64,000 nucleotides of DNA, from contig CAZXFX010000002.1 in assembly GCA_964640295.1 (NCBI GenBank), positions 5,758 through 69,757 on the forward strand, read 5' to 3'. Position 1 is the stretch's first letter. Each line of letters begins with the position of its first letter. The stretch is from an uncultured Dehalococcoidia bacterium (GTDB taxonomy: Bacteria > Chloroflexota > Dehalococcoidia > Lucifugimonadales > UBA1123). Below are positions 28,486 to 37,775 of the stretch, in pieces. The notes beneath the pieces are model-generated. The model saw only the letters and a list, made by a program, of their open reading frames with translations, was not told the DNA's origin and made no database searches. The position numbers were made by a program, and so were the translations under genes.

Positions 28486-29417
28486 AGCGCCGCCGCACAG
28501 TCGTACCGCCCATTAAGTGTCAAGGCATCAAAACGAAACTCGTGCCTTGGATCAGGACATTGGTTCCATCGGATTTTGATGGAACATGGGTCGAGCCGTT
28601 TCTGGGTTCGGGTGTAGTGGTTTTCAACATTCTTCCCAAGCGCGCCTTGCTTGCCGATTCCAACCCTCACCTCATCAACTTCTACCGGGCTATTTCTCTC
28701 GGCGCGATTACCCCCGCGTCCACTCGCCGCCATCTTGAGAATGAGGGAGCGGAGCTTCTTCGCTCTGACGGCGAACATTATTACACTGTCAGAGAGCGAT
28801 TTAACCGGATGCATGACCCGCTGGACTTCCTGTTCTTGAATCGAGCTTGCTTCAATGGTCTGATTCGATTCAACCGCAGGGGAGAGTTCAATGTTCCGTT
28901 TTGCAAGAAGCCGAGCAGGTTTTCTAAAGCATACATAACTAAGATATGCAATCAAGTAAAGACAGTCTCGGACATCCTCACAGCGCGCGACTTTATGTTT
29001 GCCGCTCAGGACTTGTCAGAAACTATCAGCATGGCGCAATCAAAGGATCTAATATACTGCGACCCACCCTATATGGGACGCCATACTGATTACTTCAACG
29101 ACTGGGGGGAACGAAACGAGGTCGAACTAGCAGGAATGCTTTCATCCGCACCTTGCCGTTTCATTCTCTCAACTTGGCATAGCAACAGACACCGTAAGAA
29201 TGTATATATAGACCAACTTTGGTCAGAATATCGAGTTCTAACGCATGAGCACTTCTACCACGTTGGCGCTAAAGAAGACAATCGCAATCCAATGCTAGAA
29301 GCCATTGTGATGAATTACGAAGTTGAAGGAGCTATCCAACCTCCGAATGAGACGGTTGTCCAAGCCCGCCTGCTGGAACAGCCCGCGGGGTATTCTTCCA
29401 GTCGCATCAGGTGGTAG
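28482..29417 (+). CDS. DNA N6-adenine methyltransferase, Dam/M.EcoRV family
   Basis: 311-aa ORF with VPPIKCQGIKTKLVPWI, EPFLGSGVVVFN (SAM-binding FxGxG), FLNRACFNGLIRFN and CDPPYMGR (DPPY catalytic motif). ATGA overlap with the endonuclease stop. Confidence 0.88.
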   Translation: MKRRRTVVPPIKCQGIKTKLVPWIRTLVPSDFDGTWVEPFLGSGVVVFNILPKRALLADSNPHLINFYRAISLGAITPASTRRHLENEGAELLRSDGEHYYTVRERFNRMHDPLDFLFLNRACFNGLIRFNRRGEFNVPFCKKPSRFSKAYITKICNQVKTVSDILTARDFMFAAQDLSETISMAQSKDLIYCDPPYMGRHTDYFNDWGERNEVELAGMLSSAPCRFILSTWHSNRHRKNVYIDQLWSEYRVLTHEHFYHVGAKEDNRNPMLEAIVMNYEVEGAIQPPNETVVQARLLEQPAGYSSSRIRW

Positions 29418-29473
29418 CAGTCCGCCCTGCGCGACTACCCTGAAACTGCACTGCGTCATATTCAGAGTGTCTC

Positions 29474-30016
29474 CTACTCAAATATCTCATTCACTTTCAC
29501 GCTGAACCCGGCCAGGGCCGTTGAGGCCAGCGTGTCTCCTACCACATAAGCGCCGGCTATCTCCAAAACTCCGTCCTTCAGAAGCATGACCGACACGATC
29601 CTGTTCACTGGATCAACTATCCAGTACTCTCTTACCCCGTATTTGGCGTACAGTTCCCTTTTATCCTTCCAGTCGCGCTTAGACGACGACGGCGATAGGA
29701 TTTCCACCACCAGATCTGGCGCTCCCTGAACGTTGGCGGCTGTCCTGATGTGCTCTCGCTCTTTAGATATGAACATGAGATCGGGCTGAACCACTTCGGT
29801 GTCCGAGAACACTATGTCGAACGGAGCGTGAAATACCCAGCCCAGTTCTCGCGTATTCACATACGGATATATCAGCGACACTAGTTTCACGCTTGCCATC
29901 TGATGTTCTTCATTCGGTGAAGCAACCAACATCAACTCTCCATTCAAAAGTTCGTAGCGTTCGCCCTCGGGCGTGTTCAGATAGTCCTCATAGGTATGCT
30001 TGGCTTTCGTAACCAT
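29474..30016 (-). CDS. Uma2 family (DUF820) putative endonuclease
   Basis: 180-aa ORF with YEDYLNTPEGERYELLNGEL, VVQPDLMFIS, GAPDLVVEILSPSS and EYWIVDP, the canonical Uma2 blocks. Confidence 0.85.
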   Translation of the reverse strand: MVTKAKHTYEDYLNTPEGERYELLNGELMLVASPNEEHQMASVKLVSLIYPYVNTRELGWVFHAPFDIVFSDTEVVQPDLMFISKEREHIRTAANVQGAPDLVVEILSPSSSKRDWKDKRELYAKYGVREYWIVDPVNRIVSVMLLKDGVLEIAGAYVVGDTLASTALAGFSVKVNEIFE

Positions 30017-30169
30017 GCCTTCCCTCCCAGTAAGCTGTTCAGATTATATCAAGACGAGTCATAACCTGTCCGACATCGCCGCGATTGTCCAACTTCCGGC
30101 ATCTTTACTCGCCAACGACCCGCGCCTATAATTCAATGTAAAGACGCTCACCTCGGAGGAAGATAGAAT

Positions 30170-31357
30170 ATGGCTCATAGATCGGCAAACGTAGTTGTAA
30201 TTGGCGGCGGAGTGAACGGGACCAGCGTCGCCATGCACCTGTCGCGCATGGGCGCGGGCAAGGTGATATTGGTCGAAAAAGGCCATCTCGCCGGCGGCGC
30301 GAGCGGACGGTCAGGCGCGATGGTGCGCGAACACTACCTGCATCCTACGCTGGTCAAGATGGCGATGGAGGCGAGCGACATATTCCATAACTTCGCAGAC
30401 GCCGTAGGCGGAGACGCCCGCTTCATACAGACAGGCAGAATACTGTTCTTTGGAGAGCGAGACGCGGACGCCGCGCGAGCGAATGTGGAAATGAACCGCG
30501 AACTGGGCGTGAACATCCGCGTTCTAACTCCGTCTGAAATCGCCGAGATAACGCCGCAGGCGTCTCTGGACGGAGTGTCTCTTGGGGTGTATGAACCCGA
30601 CTCCGGCTACGCCGATCCCATGGCCACCACATACGCATACGCAGAACAGGCGCGTGTCCGCGGCGCTCGAATAATCACCGAATGCGCGGTCAGCGAGATA
30701 AAGATCAAGGGCGGACGTGTCGTCGGTGTCCAGACAGAAGACGGCTTGATAGAAACCGACACGGTTGTAGCCGCCGTCGGTCCGTGGGTCAACAAACTCG
30801 CCGCGCCAATTGGCGAGTTCCTGCCGGTTACTCCCATCCGCGTGCAGATGACGCATCTGCGCCGTCCGCCCACGCTCGAATCGCTGAACGTGAACGTCAT
30901 TGACTACACCACAGGCGCTTACTTCCGCGTGGACGCCGGTCACAATACGCTGGTCGGAGGCGAAGACTGGGACGATCTGAGCGAGGTGGTCAACCCCGAC
31001 TCGTTCGGACTGAACGCGGATCACGACACGGTTACCCGCTTCTGGGACAGAGCGAAACTGCGCTTCCCTGATTTCGCAGCCGCCACTCAGAGGGGCGGTT
31101 ACGGCTCTCTTTACGACATGACCCCGGACGGCAATCCAATTCTGGACAAGTCTGGAAACATAGAAGGACTCTACTGGGCGACAGGGTTTAGCGGACACGG
31201 ATTCAAGCTGTCTCCGGTAGTCGGCAGGATGGTCGCGGAGTTGGTGATGAGCGGCGACAGCGCAAATCACCCCGTACACGAATTTCGGGCAAGCCGCTTC
31301 GAGGAAGGCGACCTTCTGGACGCCGAATACCCTTACGAAGGCCGCAGACACCAATGA
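30170..31357 (+). CDS. FAD-dependent oxidoreductase (DAO / sarcosine oxidase beta-like family)
   Basis: 395-aa ORF with VVVIGGGVNGTSVAMHL dinucleotide-binding motif and GFSGHGFKLSPVVG near the C-terminus. Confidence 0.8.
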   Translation: MAHRSANVVVIGGGVNGTSVAMHLSRMGAGKVILVEKGHLAGGASGRSGAMVREHYLHPTLVKMAMEASDIFHNFADAVGGDARFIQTGRILFFGERDADAARANVEMNRELGVNIRVLTPSEIAEITPQASLDGVSLGVYEPDSGYADPMATTYAYAEQARVRGARIITECAVSEIKIKGGRVVGVQTEDGLIETDTVVAAVGPWVNKLAAPIGEFLPVTPIRVQMTHLRRPPTLESLNVNVIDYTTGAYFRVDAGHNTLVGGEDWDDLSEVVNPDSFGLNADHDTVTRFWDRAKLRFPDFAAATQRGGYGSLYDMTPDGNPILDKSGNIEGLYWATGFSGHGFKLSPVVGRMVAELVMSGDSANHPVHEFRASRFEEGDLLDAEYPYEGRRHQ

Positions 31358-31740
31358 CGACCCGGAAATGGACATTCTATTATGACGCCGACTGTGGAAT
31401 GTGTTCCGCAGTCGTTCGCTGGCTGAAACGATTCGACTGGCGTGGGCATATCGCGTGGGCAGCAATACAATCACTCGAACAAGCTCCGCCTGGGATCCGC
31501 TTCGCCGACTTGGAAAAAGCCGCCTACCTGGTCTGCGCGCCCGGCGACAATCACGAAGGCTTCTTTGCGTTTCGCAGGCTTCTGCTCAAGCTGCCCCTTC
31601 TGTCGCCCCTCGGAGCACTCATGTGGCTGCCCGGCGCCAGATTGATTGGAGTTCCCACATACCGATTGATAGCGCGCAACAGGTACAGGATATCCGGATG
31701 CCGCGTTCCCGGCATGGCCGCGCGTTCCAAATCGCGCTAA
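31354..31740 (+). CDS. thiol-disulfide oxidoreductase DCC family protein (DUF393)
   Basis: 128-aa ORF with FYYDADCGMCSAVVRWLKRFD (the DxxCxxC motif of the family). ATGA overlap with the upstream oxidoreductase stop. Confidence 0.75.
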   Translation: MTTRKWTFYYDADCGMCSAVVRWLKRFDWRGHIAWAAIQSLEQAPPGIRFADLEKAAYLVCAPGDNHEGFFAFRRLLLKLPLLSPLGALMWLPGARLIGVPTYRLIARNRYRISGCRVPGMAARSKSR

Positions 31741-31909
31741 ACCTACCTCCCACGCTTATCAGCCTATACTCTGCGGAAGCCCCGTCTTAGCGGGCGTTCG
31801 GATCAGTTTAGTCCACCAATACTTACAAACGAGAACTAAACGCTGACCACCAAATAATGTATAATGTCGCCGTTTTGCGAAATACATTCTAAGGGACGTC
31901 TATTCCACC

Positions 31910-33148
31910 ATGCAGGAAACTCAAATTTCTCCCGAAATCAGGCGAGGGCGCAACCAGCTTGCGGTCACCGTCGTACTGGGGCACACCGTAAAGCACATCT
32001 ACAACTCCGGCCTCAACTCCGTCATCATGGCCGCCATAAAGGACGACATGGGGCTGACCGGCGCGCAGTTTGGGCTGCTCTCCACGTCTCAGCGCATCAC
32101 CAGCGGCACTACGACGATGGTCGCCGGCTACTTAGGCGACCGATTCGCCAACCGCTCCGGCCTCATGCTTCTCATCTCGCTCGGTATGATGGGCATCTCT
32201 TTCTACCTGCTCGGCAGCGCCCCCAACTACTGGCTGCTCATGGCGGTGATGCTGCTGGTCGGAATCGGCCCGTCTCTGTATCACTCCCCCGCCATAGCGT
32301 CTCTCTCACGCAAGTTCCCGGACAGGCGCGGATTCGCTATATCGCTGCACGGAACGGGGGGCAGCGTGGGAGAGGTTGTCGGGCCCGTGCTGGTCGGCGG
32401 ACTGATTAGCGGCACGTATCTCGTCGCGTTCGAGTGGCGCGACGTGCTTCACATCAGCGTAGCGCCCGCCCTGTTCTTCGCAGTACTCATCTATCTGATG
32501 ATGCGCAACATACCCACCGCGGCGACCGACATCGAGTCGCTGAGCGAATACTTCAACTCGCTTTCGACTCTGGTCCGCCGCCGCGCGATGCTCTCCCTCG
32601 TCGCGGTCACCGCTCTCAGAAGCACGGGGCAGTCCGCCGTCATGGCGTTCCTGCCCGTCTATCTGAACGAGGAACTGGGCTACGAATTCGTCGTGATCGG
32701 CCTCTTCATGTCCGGCGCGCAGGTAACAGGCATAGTCGTGCAGCCCATCATGGGCTACTTGTCAGACAAGTTCGGACGAAAGGTCGTCCTCGTGCCATGC
32801 ACAGCCGCCATGGGAATCCTGATAGCCGCGCTGAAGTTCGCGGAGCCGGGCGCGATACTGATACTGACCGTGCTGGCAATGGGCGCGTTTCTCTACTCGC
32901 TGCACACCATATACATAGCGAGCGCGATGGACGTGGCGGAAGGGCAAGCGCAGTCAACTGTCGTGTCGCTGATATATGGCGCAAGCTTCCTGGGAGCGTT
33001 TTCCCCCTGGATCGCAGGAGTGATTGTTGACCGCACCGAGATATCCAACGCATTTATATACGGCGGAGTAATGGTGATTGCAGGAGCTATCCTGCTGGCG
33101 ATAACCAAACTGCCGAAGACCGTGAATCAAGAAAATGCGAGGAACTGA
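31910..33148 (+). CDS. MFS transporter
   Basis: 412-aa ORF with about 12 hydrophobic segments and GYLGDRFANR and LSDKFGRKV loop motifs typical of the major facilitator superfamily. Confidence 0.85.
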   Translation: MQETQISPEIRRGRNQLAVTVVLGHTVKHIYNSGLNSVIMAAIKDDMGLTGAQFGLLSTSQRITSGTTTMVAGYLGDRFANRSGLMLLISLGMMGISFYLLGSAPNYWLLMAVMLLVGIGPSLYHSPAIASLSRKFPDRRGFAISLHGTGGSVGEVVGPVLVGGLISGTYLVAFEWRDVLHISVAPALFFAVLIYLMMRNIPTAATDIESLSEYFNSLSTLVRRRAMLSLVAVTALRSTGQSAVMAFLPVYLNEELGYEFVVIGLFMSGAQVTGIVVQPIMGYLSDKFGRKVVLVPCTAAMGILIAALKFAEPGAILILTVLAMGAFLYSLHTIYIASAMDVAEGQAQSTVVSLIYGASFLGAFSPWIAGVIVDRTEISNAFIYGGVMVIAGAILLAITKLPKTVNQENARN

Positions 33149-33208
33149 CAACTAAATACTCACCTGCCGAATGGATACATGGCCAACACACTCCTCTAAC
33201 CATTAGAT

Positions 33209-35692
33209 ATGACGTCAGTGAGCAAGATACTCAATAGGTTGAGTTGGCTGGTCACCATACGACCGTACATCACGCTCATCGTTCTTCTCATGATTACGGT
33301 TGCTCTGGGCGCGGGGGCCGCGTTGCGCGCTCCGCCAACGGAAGGGGCCAGCGTGGCGTTCCTACCACCGGGGCACCCTATCGCAAACGCGACACAGGAA
33401 ATAGAAGATTTCTTTGGGAATTCGGGCGACGTCAGCATCGTAACCCTTATATTTCGCGGGGATGCGCTCACACCCGACGGCCTCTCCCAGATGAACGCCC
33501 TGATCACCCGGATCGTTACTGATCCGGGCGTGAGCGCGCTTCTCGCGCCCGGCGACCCCATCGTTGCGCCCTCGCATCTGGTCAATGCCGCGCTCCAAGT
33601 GGACAACTTCGAGTCGCTCACGCAGGCGGAAATCAACTCCATCCAAAACGTCCCGCAGATCGGGGAAGCCCTCTCCGCAATGACCGGAACCGACGCTGAC
33701 GGCGCTCCGGTCGCCATCGCCAACATTCACTTGAGCGATACCAACGACGAGAGAGTTAAGAACGCCGAACGCAGGATTAGCGAACTGGCGGCCGGAGACG
33801 AGGGCACGCTGCGTGTAAGCAGCCTGTCGCCGGCGGTCGTCGAAGACGAATACAGAGAGGCTACTGAGTCGGGGATGGCGCCGCTAATAGGGCTCGCGCT
33901 TGTCCTGATTGCCGCGCTATTGCTGCTCTTCACTCGCGCCCTCTCAGATATGCTTCTAGCCTTGGCGGGGCTTGTCTTATCACTCGTCTGGATTATAGGG
34001 GCGGAAGGCTGGCTGGGACCGAATGGGCTTGGCCTGATAGGACCTCCGAGTTCACTCACTGCGATGGCGCCCGTCATCGTCATCAGCCTCACAGTGGACT
34101 ATGCCATACAGGCAGTCTCACACTATCGCGAGCGTAGGCTTGACGGCGAGCCGGTCATGGAGGCGATACGCAATGGACTCAGCAACGTCACAATCCCGCT
34201 AACATTGGCTGCGGTCACGACTATTGTGAGCTTTCTGGCAACCCTGTTCTCACCCATAGGAGTAATCGGAGACTTCGGAATTGTCGCTGGACTGGGAGTG
34301 GGAATGAGCCTGACAGTGATGCTGACGCTGATACCCGCCAGTCGGACTATCATAGACAGGCGACGCGAGTCGCGCGGCGTTTTGGCCGCCCCTCGCCCCA
34401 TCTCCAACGCATTGCCCGGCATCGCGCCGATGGCGGAGTTGCTGGGAAGAGCGGTTACGCGGTGGCCGGTTCCCTTCCTCGCGGTCATTATCGCGGCGAC
34501 CATAGCGCTCGGATTCGCCGCCACTGGACTGAAGTCCGAATTCAGCATACGCGACATCCTGCCCAGGGGCGGAAGTGTGTTGGAAGATATGAATACCCTG
34601 GAAAGCGCCGTAGGAGGCTCGACGGAGGTCGCCACCATACTATTGAAAGCAGAAGTCACTGAGAGCCGAACGCTCCTGAATCTGCATGACCTCACAGCCG
34701 CCTTCGATGACGAACTGCGCCGGCCACAGGCGGCGGCCGGACCTATAGAGGGGTCGTATCGAGACCTTGTTTACGACTGGACTAACGAATCAGGGGAACC
34801 CGGCGACAAATATGACCCAAAGCTGGCGGCACTCTTCCGAGCGGCCTCTCCTGGAGTGGAACTCGACCCGGATCTGATGCAGGAGTTGATGGATGAACTC
34901 ATAGCGCGAGAACCTGAACTGGCGCACTCTCTGATGAACGATCCGCAAGGCGTTGACGCAATGCTGCTCCAATTCCCGATTTACCTGGACGACCCCGCGC
35001 GCGTCAGGATGATACAAGAGGAAATCGAAGCGCTCTGGCGGGGAGACGACAGCGCCATTACAGCCATATCGGACAGCATTGTCTCGGTCGCGGTCACGGA
35101 TCAGATTACAGACCGGCAGACGGAGGCGATCAGCGCTACCATCGCCGCGGCGTTGGGCATTCTGTCCATCTTTTTCTGGCTGGCGCTGCGCCAGCCAGCG
35201 CTGGGGCTCATAGCCGTGGGGCCAATCGTATTGGCGCTCATCAGCGTACTGGGCACGATGGCGCTTCTGAACATTCCCTACACGCTGATCACCTCGATAA
35301 TCACGGCGCTGTCAATCGGCATAGGGGTGGACTACACAATTCACGTGATTCACCGCTATCGAGAAGAATTCGCGCGTCGGCGCAATCCGGAGCAAGCGGC
35401 GATTCAGACCCTGGCGACGACGGGTTCGGCCTTGCTGGGGTCCGCTCTGACGACGGCGCTGGGATTCGGCGCGCTGATAGCCTCTCCGCTGCTCGCGTCC
35501 CAGCATTTTGGTCTCACGGCGACGATAACCATCGTTTACTCTCTGGCGGTCTCAATCTTTGTGGCGCTTCCCGCGATGGTGGTGTGGGGGGCGTATCAGA
35601 ACATGAGGCTGCGTTCCATGGTGGAGCGTATGTGGAACGAACTGGACACAGCCGCGGAAGACATACATAGGCGCGGCGAACAGGGGCGCTAA
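33209..35692 (+). CDS. MMPL/RND superfamily membrane transporter
   Basis: 827-aa ORF with two hydrophobic bundles, each preceded by a large soluble loop. LSIGIGVDYTIHVIHRYREE is typical of the MMPL/SSD-type transporter family. Confidence 0.8.
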   Translation: MTSVSKILNRLSWLVTIRPYITLIVLLMITVALGAGAALRAPPTEGASVAFLPPGHPIANATQEIEDFFGNSGDVSIVTLIFRGDALTPDGLSQMNALITRIVTDPGVSALLAPGDPIVAPSHLVNAALQVDNFESLTQAEINSIQNVPQIGEALSAMTGTDADGAPVAIANIHLSDTNDERVKNAERRISELAAGDEGTLRVSSLSPAVVEDEYREATESGMAPLIGLALVLIAALLLLFTRALSDMLLALAGLVLSLVWIIGAEGWLGPNGLGLIGPPSSLTAMAPVIVISLTVDYAIQAVSHYRERRLDGEPVMEAIRNGLSNVTIPLTLAAVTTIVSFLATLFSPIGVIGDFGIVAGLGVGMSLTVMLTLIPASRTIIDRRRESRGVLAAPRPISNALPGIAPMAELLGRAVTRWPVPFLAVIIAATIALGFAATGLKSEFSIRDILPRGGSVLEDMNTLESAVGGSTEVATILLKAEVTESRTLLNLHDLTAAFDDELRRPQAAAGPIEGSYRDLVYDWTNESGEPGDKYDPKLAALFRAASPGVELDPDLMQELMDELIAREPELAHSLMNDPQGVDAMLLQFPIYLDDPARVRMIQEEIEALWRGDDSAITAISDSIVSVAVTDQITDRQTEAISATIAAALGILSIFFWLALRQPALGLIAVGPIVLALISVLGTMALLNIPYTLITSIITALSIGIGVDYTIHVIHRYREEFARRRNPEQAAIQTLATTGSALLGSALTTALGFGALIASPLLASQHFGLTATITIVYSLAVSIFVALPAMVVWGAYQNMRLRSMVERMWNELDTAAEDIHRRGEQGR

Positions 35693-35696
35693 CGCA

Positions 35697-37724
35697 TCAT
35701 ATACGTATCTCGCGTCTCTGCTCGGATACGCGGAACTTGAGCTTCTTGCTCGGCTTCATGGACGGCAGAGGACTGAACTTGAGCTTGTAGTTCGCGGGCG
35801 ACACTTCCAGTTCGAAGTAATGCGCGACCATCAGCGTGTTGACGGCCAGTTGCAATTCCATCCACTGGAAACCGAGACACCGGTGCGTGCCCAGCCCATA
35901 CGGAGCGAATCCGATGCTGTGATGCTCATTGCGCGGCGGCAGATAGCGGTCAATGTCAAACGAAAATGGGTCCGGGAACACATCTTTCATGTAATGCGAA
36001 GCTGTCTGCGCGATATAGACCCGAGTCCCTATGGGTATTTCATAGCCGGCGACCACGCACGAATTCATGACGTCTCTCATTGACATTGGGACGATTGGGT
36101 ACATTCTCAGGCATTCCATGAGGAAGCGATGGGTAACGTCTATCGCGGGCAGAGTGAAATCTTCACTGTCCGGATCCCCGTTCTCGAACAGGGCGTCGGC
36201 TTCCCGCTGGATTTGGGCGTAAAGTTCAGGCCGCGACGCCATTGCATACAGCGCGAAACTGAAAGCGTCGCCCAGGTACACACTTGCGATCAGAGCCGCG
36301 GAAAGAGCGAATCGAAGATTCGACTCAGGCACTAGCTGTGGGTCGTTCGCGTGCAGGCTCAGTATGTCATCCGCAAGGTCGCGGGGCGCTCCAGTACGCT
36401 GCGCCTGCGTATGAACGCCCTGAACCCTTTCCAGCAAAGTGTCCACCGCTTTCGCGCGACGCTTCATACCCGGGGTGTTCAGCATGAATTTGGGCATGGC
36501 TTTTACGATGTGAGTTGTGAGCGCTCGTTCCTTGTACGTCATCAGGTCGTCTATGATGTCCTGTGAATCAACGCTGACGGAGAGTTGCGATATCTGCGCG
36601 TTAATCATTCGTCGGCACACGTTCGTTGCTGAGAATACGTCCCCAACCATCCAGTCCGACATATACTTCCGCGCTTGATAATAAACCTGGTCCAACTGCC
36701 CTTCCAGTCTCCCGCGTGAATACGACGATGACATGGCCCTGCGAAGCCGAAAGTGGTCGGCGCCATCCAGTGAAGGCAATACGCCGGACGCGCCGTACAC
36801 CTTCTCGAAATCGCTGAAGTAGTCCTTGGCTCTCAGGTGCATGCGTCCATTCCGCTGTACCCAGCGATTGGTCTCTAACCCGCCCAGGAACGTCATGGGC
36901 TTTTGGAACGGAAGCCGAATCTCGAACACTGGGCCATACTGTTCCGTCAGGTCCGCAAAGAGCGCGGGAACATTGCCGCCGCGAATATGGGGACTGAGCG
37001 CCAGCTTAGGCAAGGAAACGGCAGGAATCTTCTTGGACAGCGCGGAACGCTTGAGCAGCGGACCGGCAAAGTTATGGGATACCGCGGCGGCTATGGAACG
37101 TCCAATCAAGTCCATCCTGCAAATTAGCTCGATGCGCTCCTCCGCCACTTCGTCGAGGTGAAATATGAATCGAAAGACATCGCACGTATTGATCAGGCAG
37201 ATAATGATGATGTCTCTTGGCGCGGGAATCTCGTCGTCGAAGATTTCCATGGCGATACGCGCCTTGACGAACTGGGCTCTCGTGCCTTCTACCGACGCCT
37301 CGAACATCACCGTCTGTCCCATGGCGCGGGACAGCGTCCAGAAATCGCCGTCATGATATTCCAGTATATTCAGAGCAACCAGGCGGTTCAGGCTCAAATC
37401 AATGATCGCCTCCGCGTGGGGGACGAGCCGCTCGATCCAGTACTGGGTATTATGCTGGTCCGGTTTGAGCGCAATTTCCTTCAAGATGGGATCGAGCGCG
37501 GGGTCGCCCGTCTCTGTGTCGTCCAGCAGATACAGCGATTCCACGTCGGTATCTATGCGGGACATCAGCGAAAGCTCTGCGAGTACCGCTCCGATGAGAG
37601 CGCAGTTCAAGTTCCAGCCCGGCACCTGGTAAAAGTAGCCGCTCTCCTCGCACAGAAGCATCAGGATGAATTCTTCGGGCAAACTCAGCGGGCCAGCGGC
37701 CACACTCTCTGCGCCAACAGTCAT
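35697..37724 (-). CDS. cytochrome P450 with N-terminal GPP34 (GOLPH3/VPS74-like) domain fusion
   Basis: 675-aa ORF. The C-terminal part carries the heme-binding FAPYGLGTHRCLG (FxxGxxxCxG) motif and P450 core blocks. The N-terminal ~200 aa (LSLPEEFILMLLCEESGYF...ALIGAVLAELSLMSRI) resembles the GPP34 family. Confidence 0.75.
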   Translation of the reverse strand: MTVGAESVAAGPLSLPEEFILMLLCEESGYFYQVPGWNLNCALIGAVLAELSLMSRIDTDVESLYLLDDTETGDPALDPILKEIALKPDQHNTQYWIERLVPHAEAIIDLSLNRLVALNILEYHDGDFWTLSRAMGQTVMFEASVEGTRAQFVKARIAMEIFDDEIPAPRDIIIICLINTCDVFRFIFHLDEVAEERIELICRMDLIGRSIAAAVSHNFAGPLLKRSALSKKIPAVSLPKLALSPHIRGGNVPALFADLTEQYGPVFEIRLPFQKPMTFLGGLETNRWVQRNGRMHLRAKDYFSDFEKVYGASGVLPSLDGADHFRLRRAMSSSYSRGRLEGQLDQVYYQARKYMSDWMVGDVFSATNVCRRMINAQISQLSVSVDSQDIIDDLMTYKERALTTHIVKAMPKFMLNTPGMKRRAKAVDTLLERVQGVHTQAQRTGAPRDLADDILSLHANDPQLVPESNLRFALSAALIASVYLGDAFSFALYAMASRPELYAQIQREADALFENGDPDSEDFTLPAIDVTHRFLMECLRMYPIVPMSMRDVMNSCVVAGYEIPIGTRVYIAQTASHYMKDVFPDPFSFDIDRYLPPRNEHHSIGFAPYGLGTHRCLGFQWMELQLAVNTLMVAHYFELEVSPANYKLKFSPLPSMKPSKKLKFRVSEQRREIRI

Positions 37725-37775
37725 CGGACCCGGCCTCCACTCACTTGAAACCCATTCAGCAATTCCTGAAGCGAA

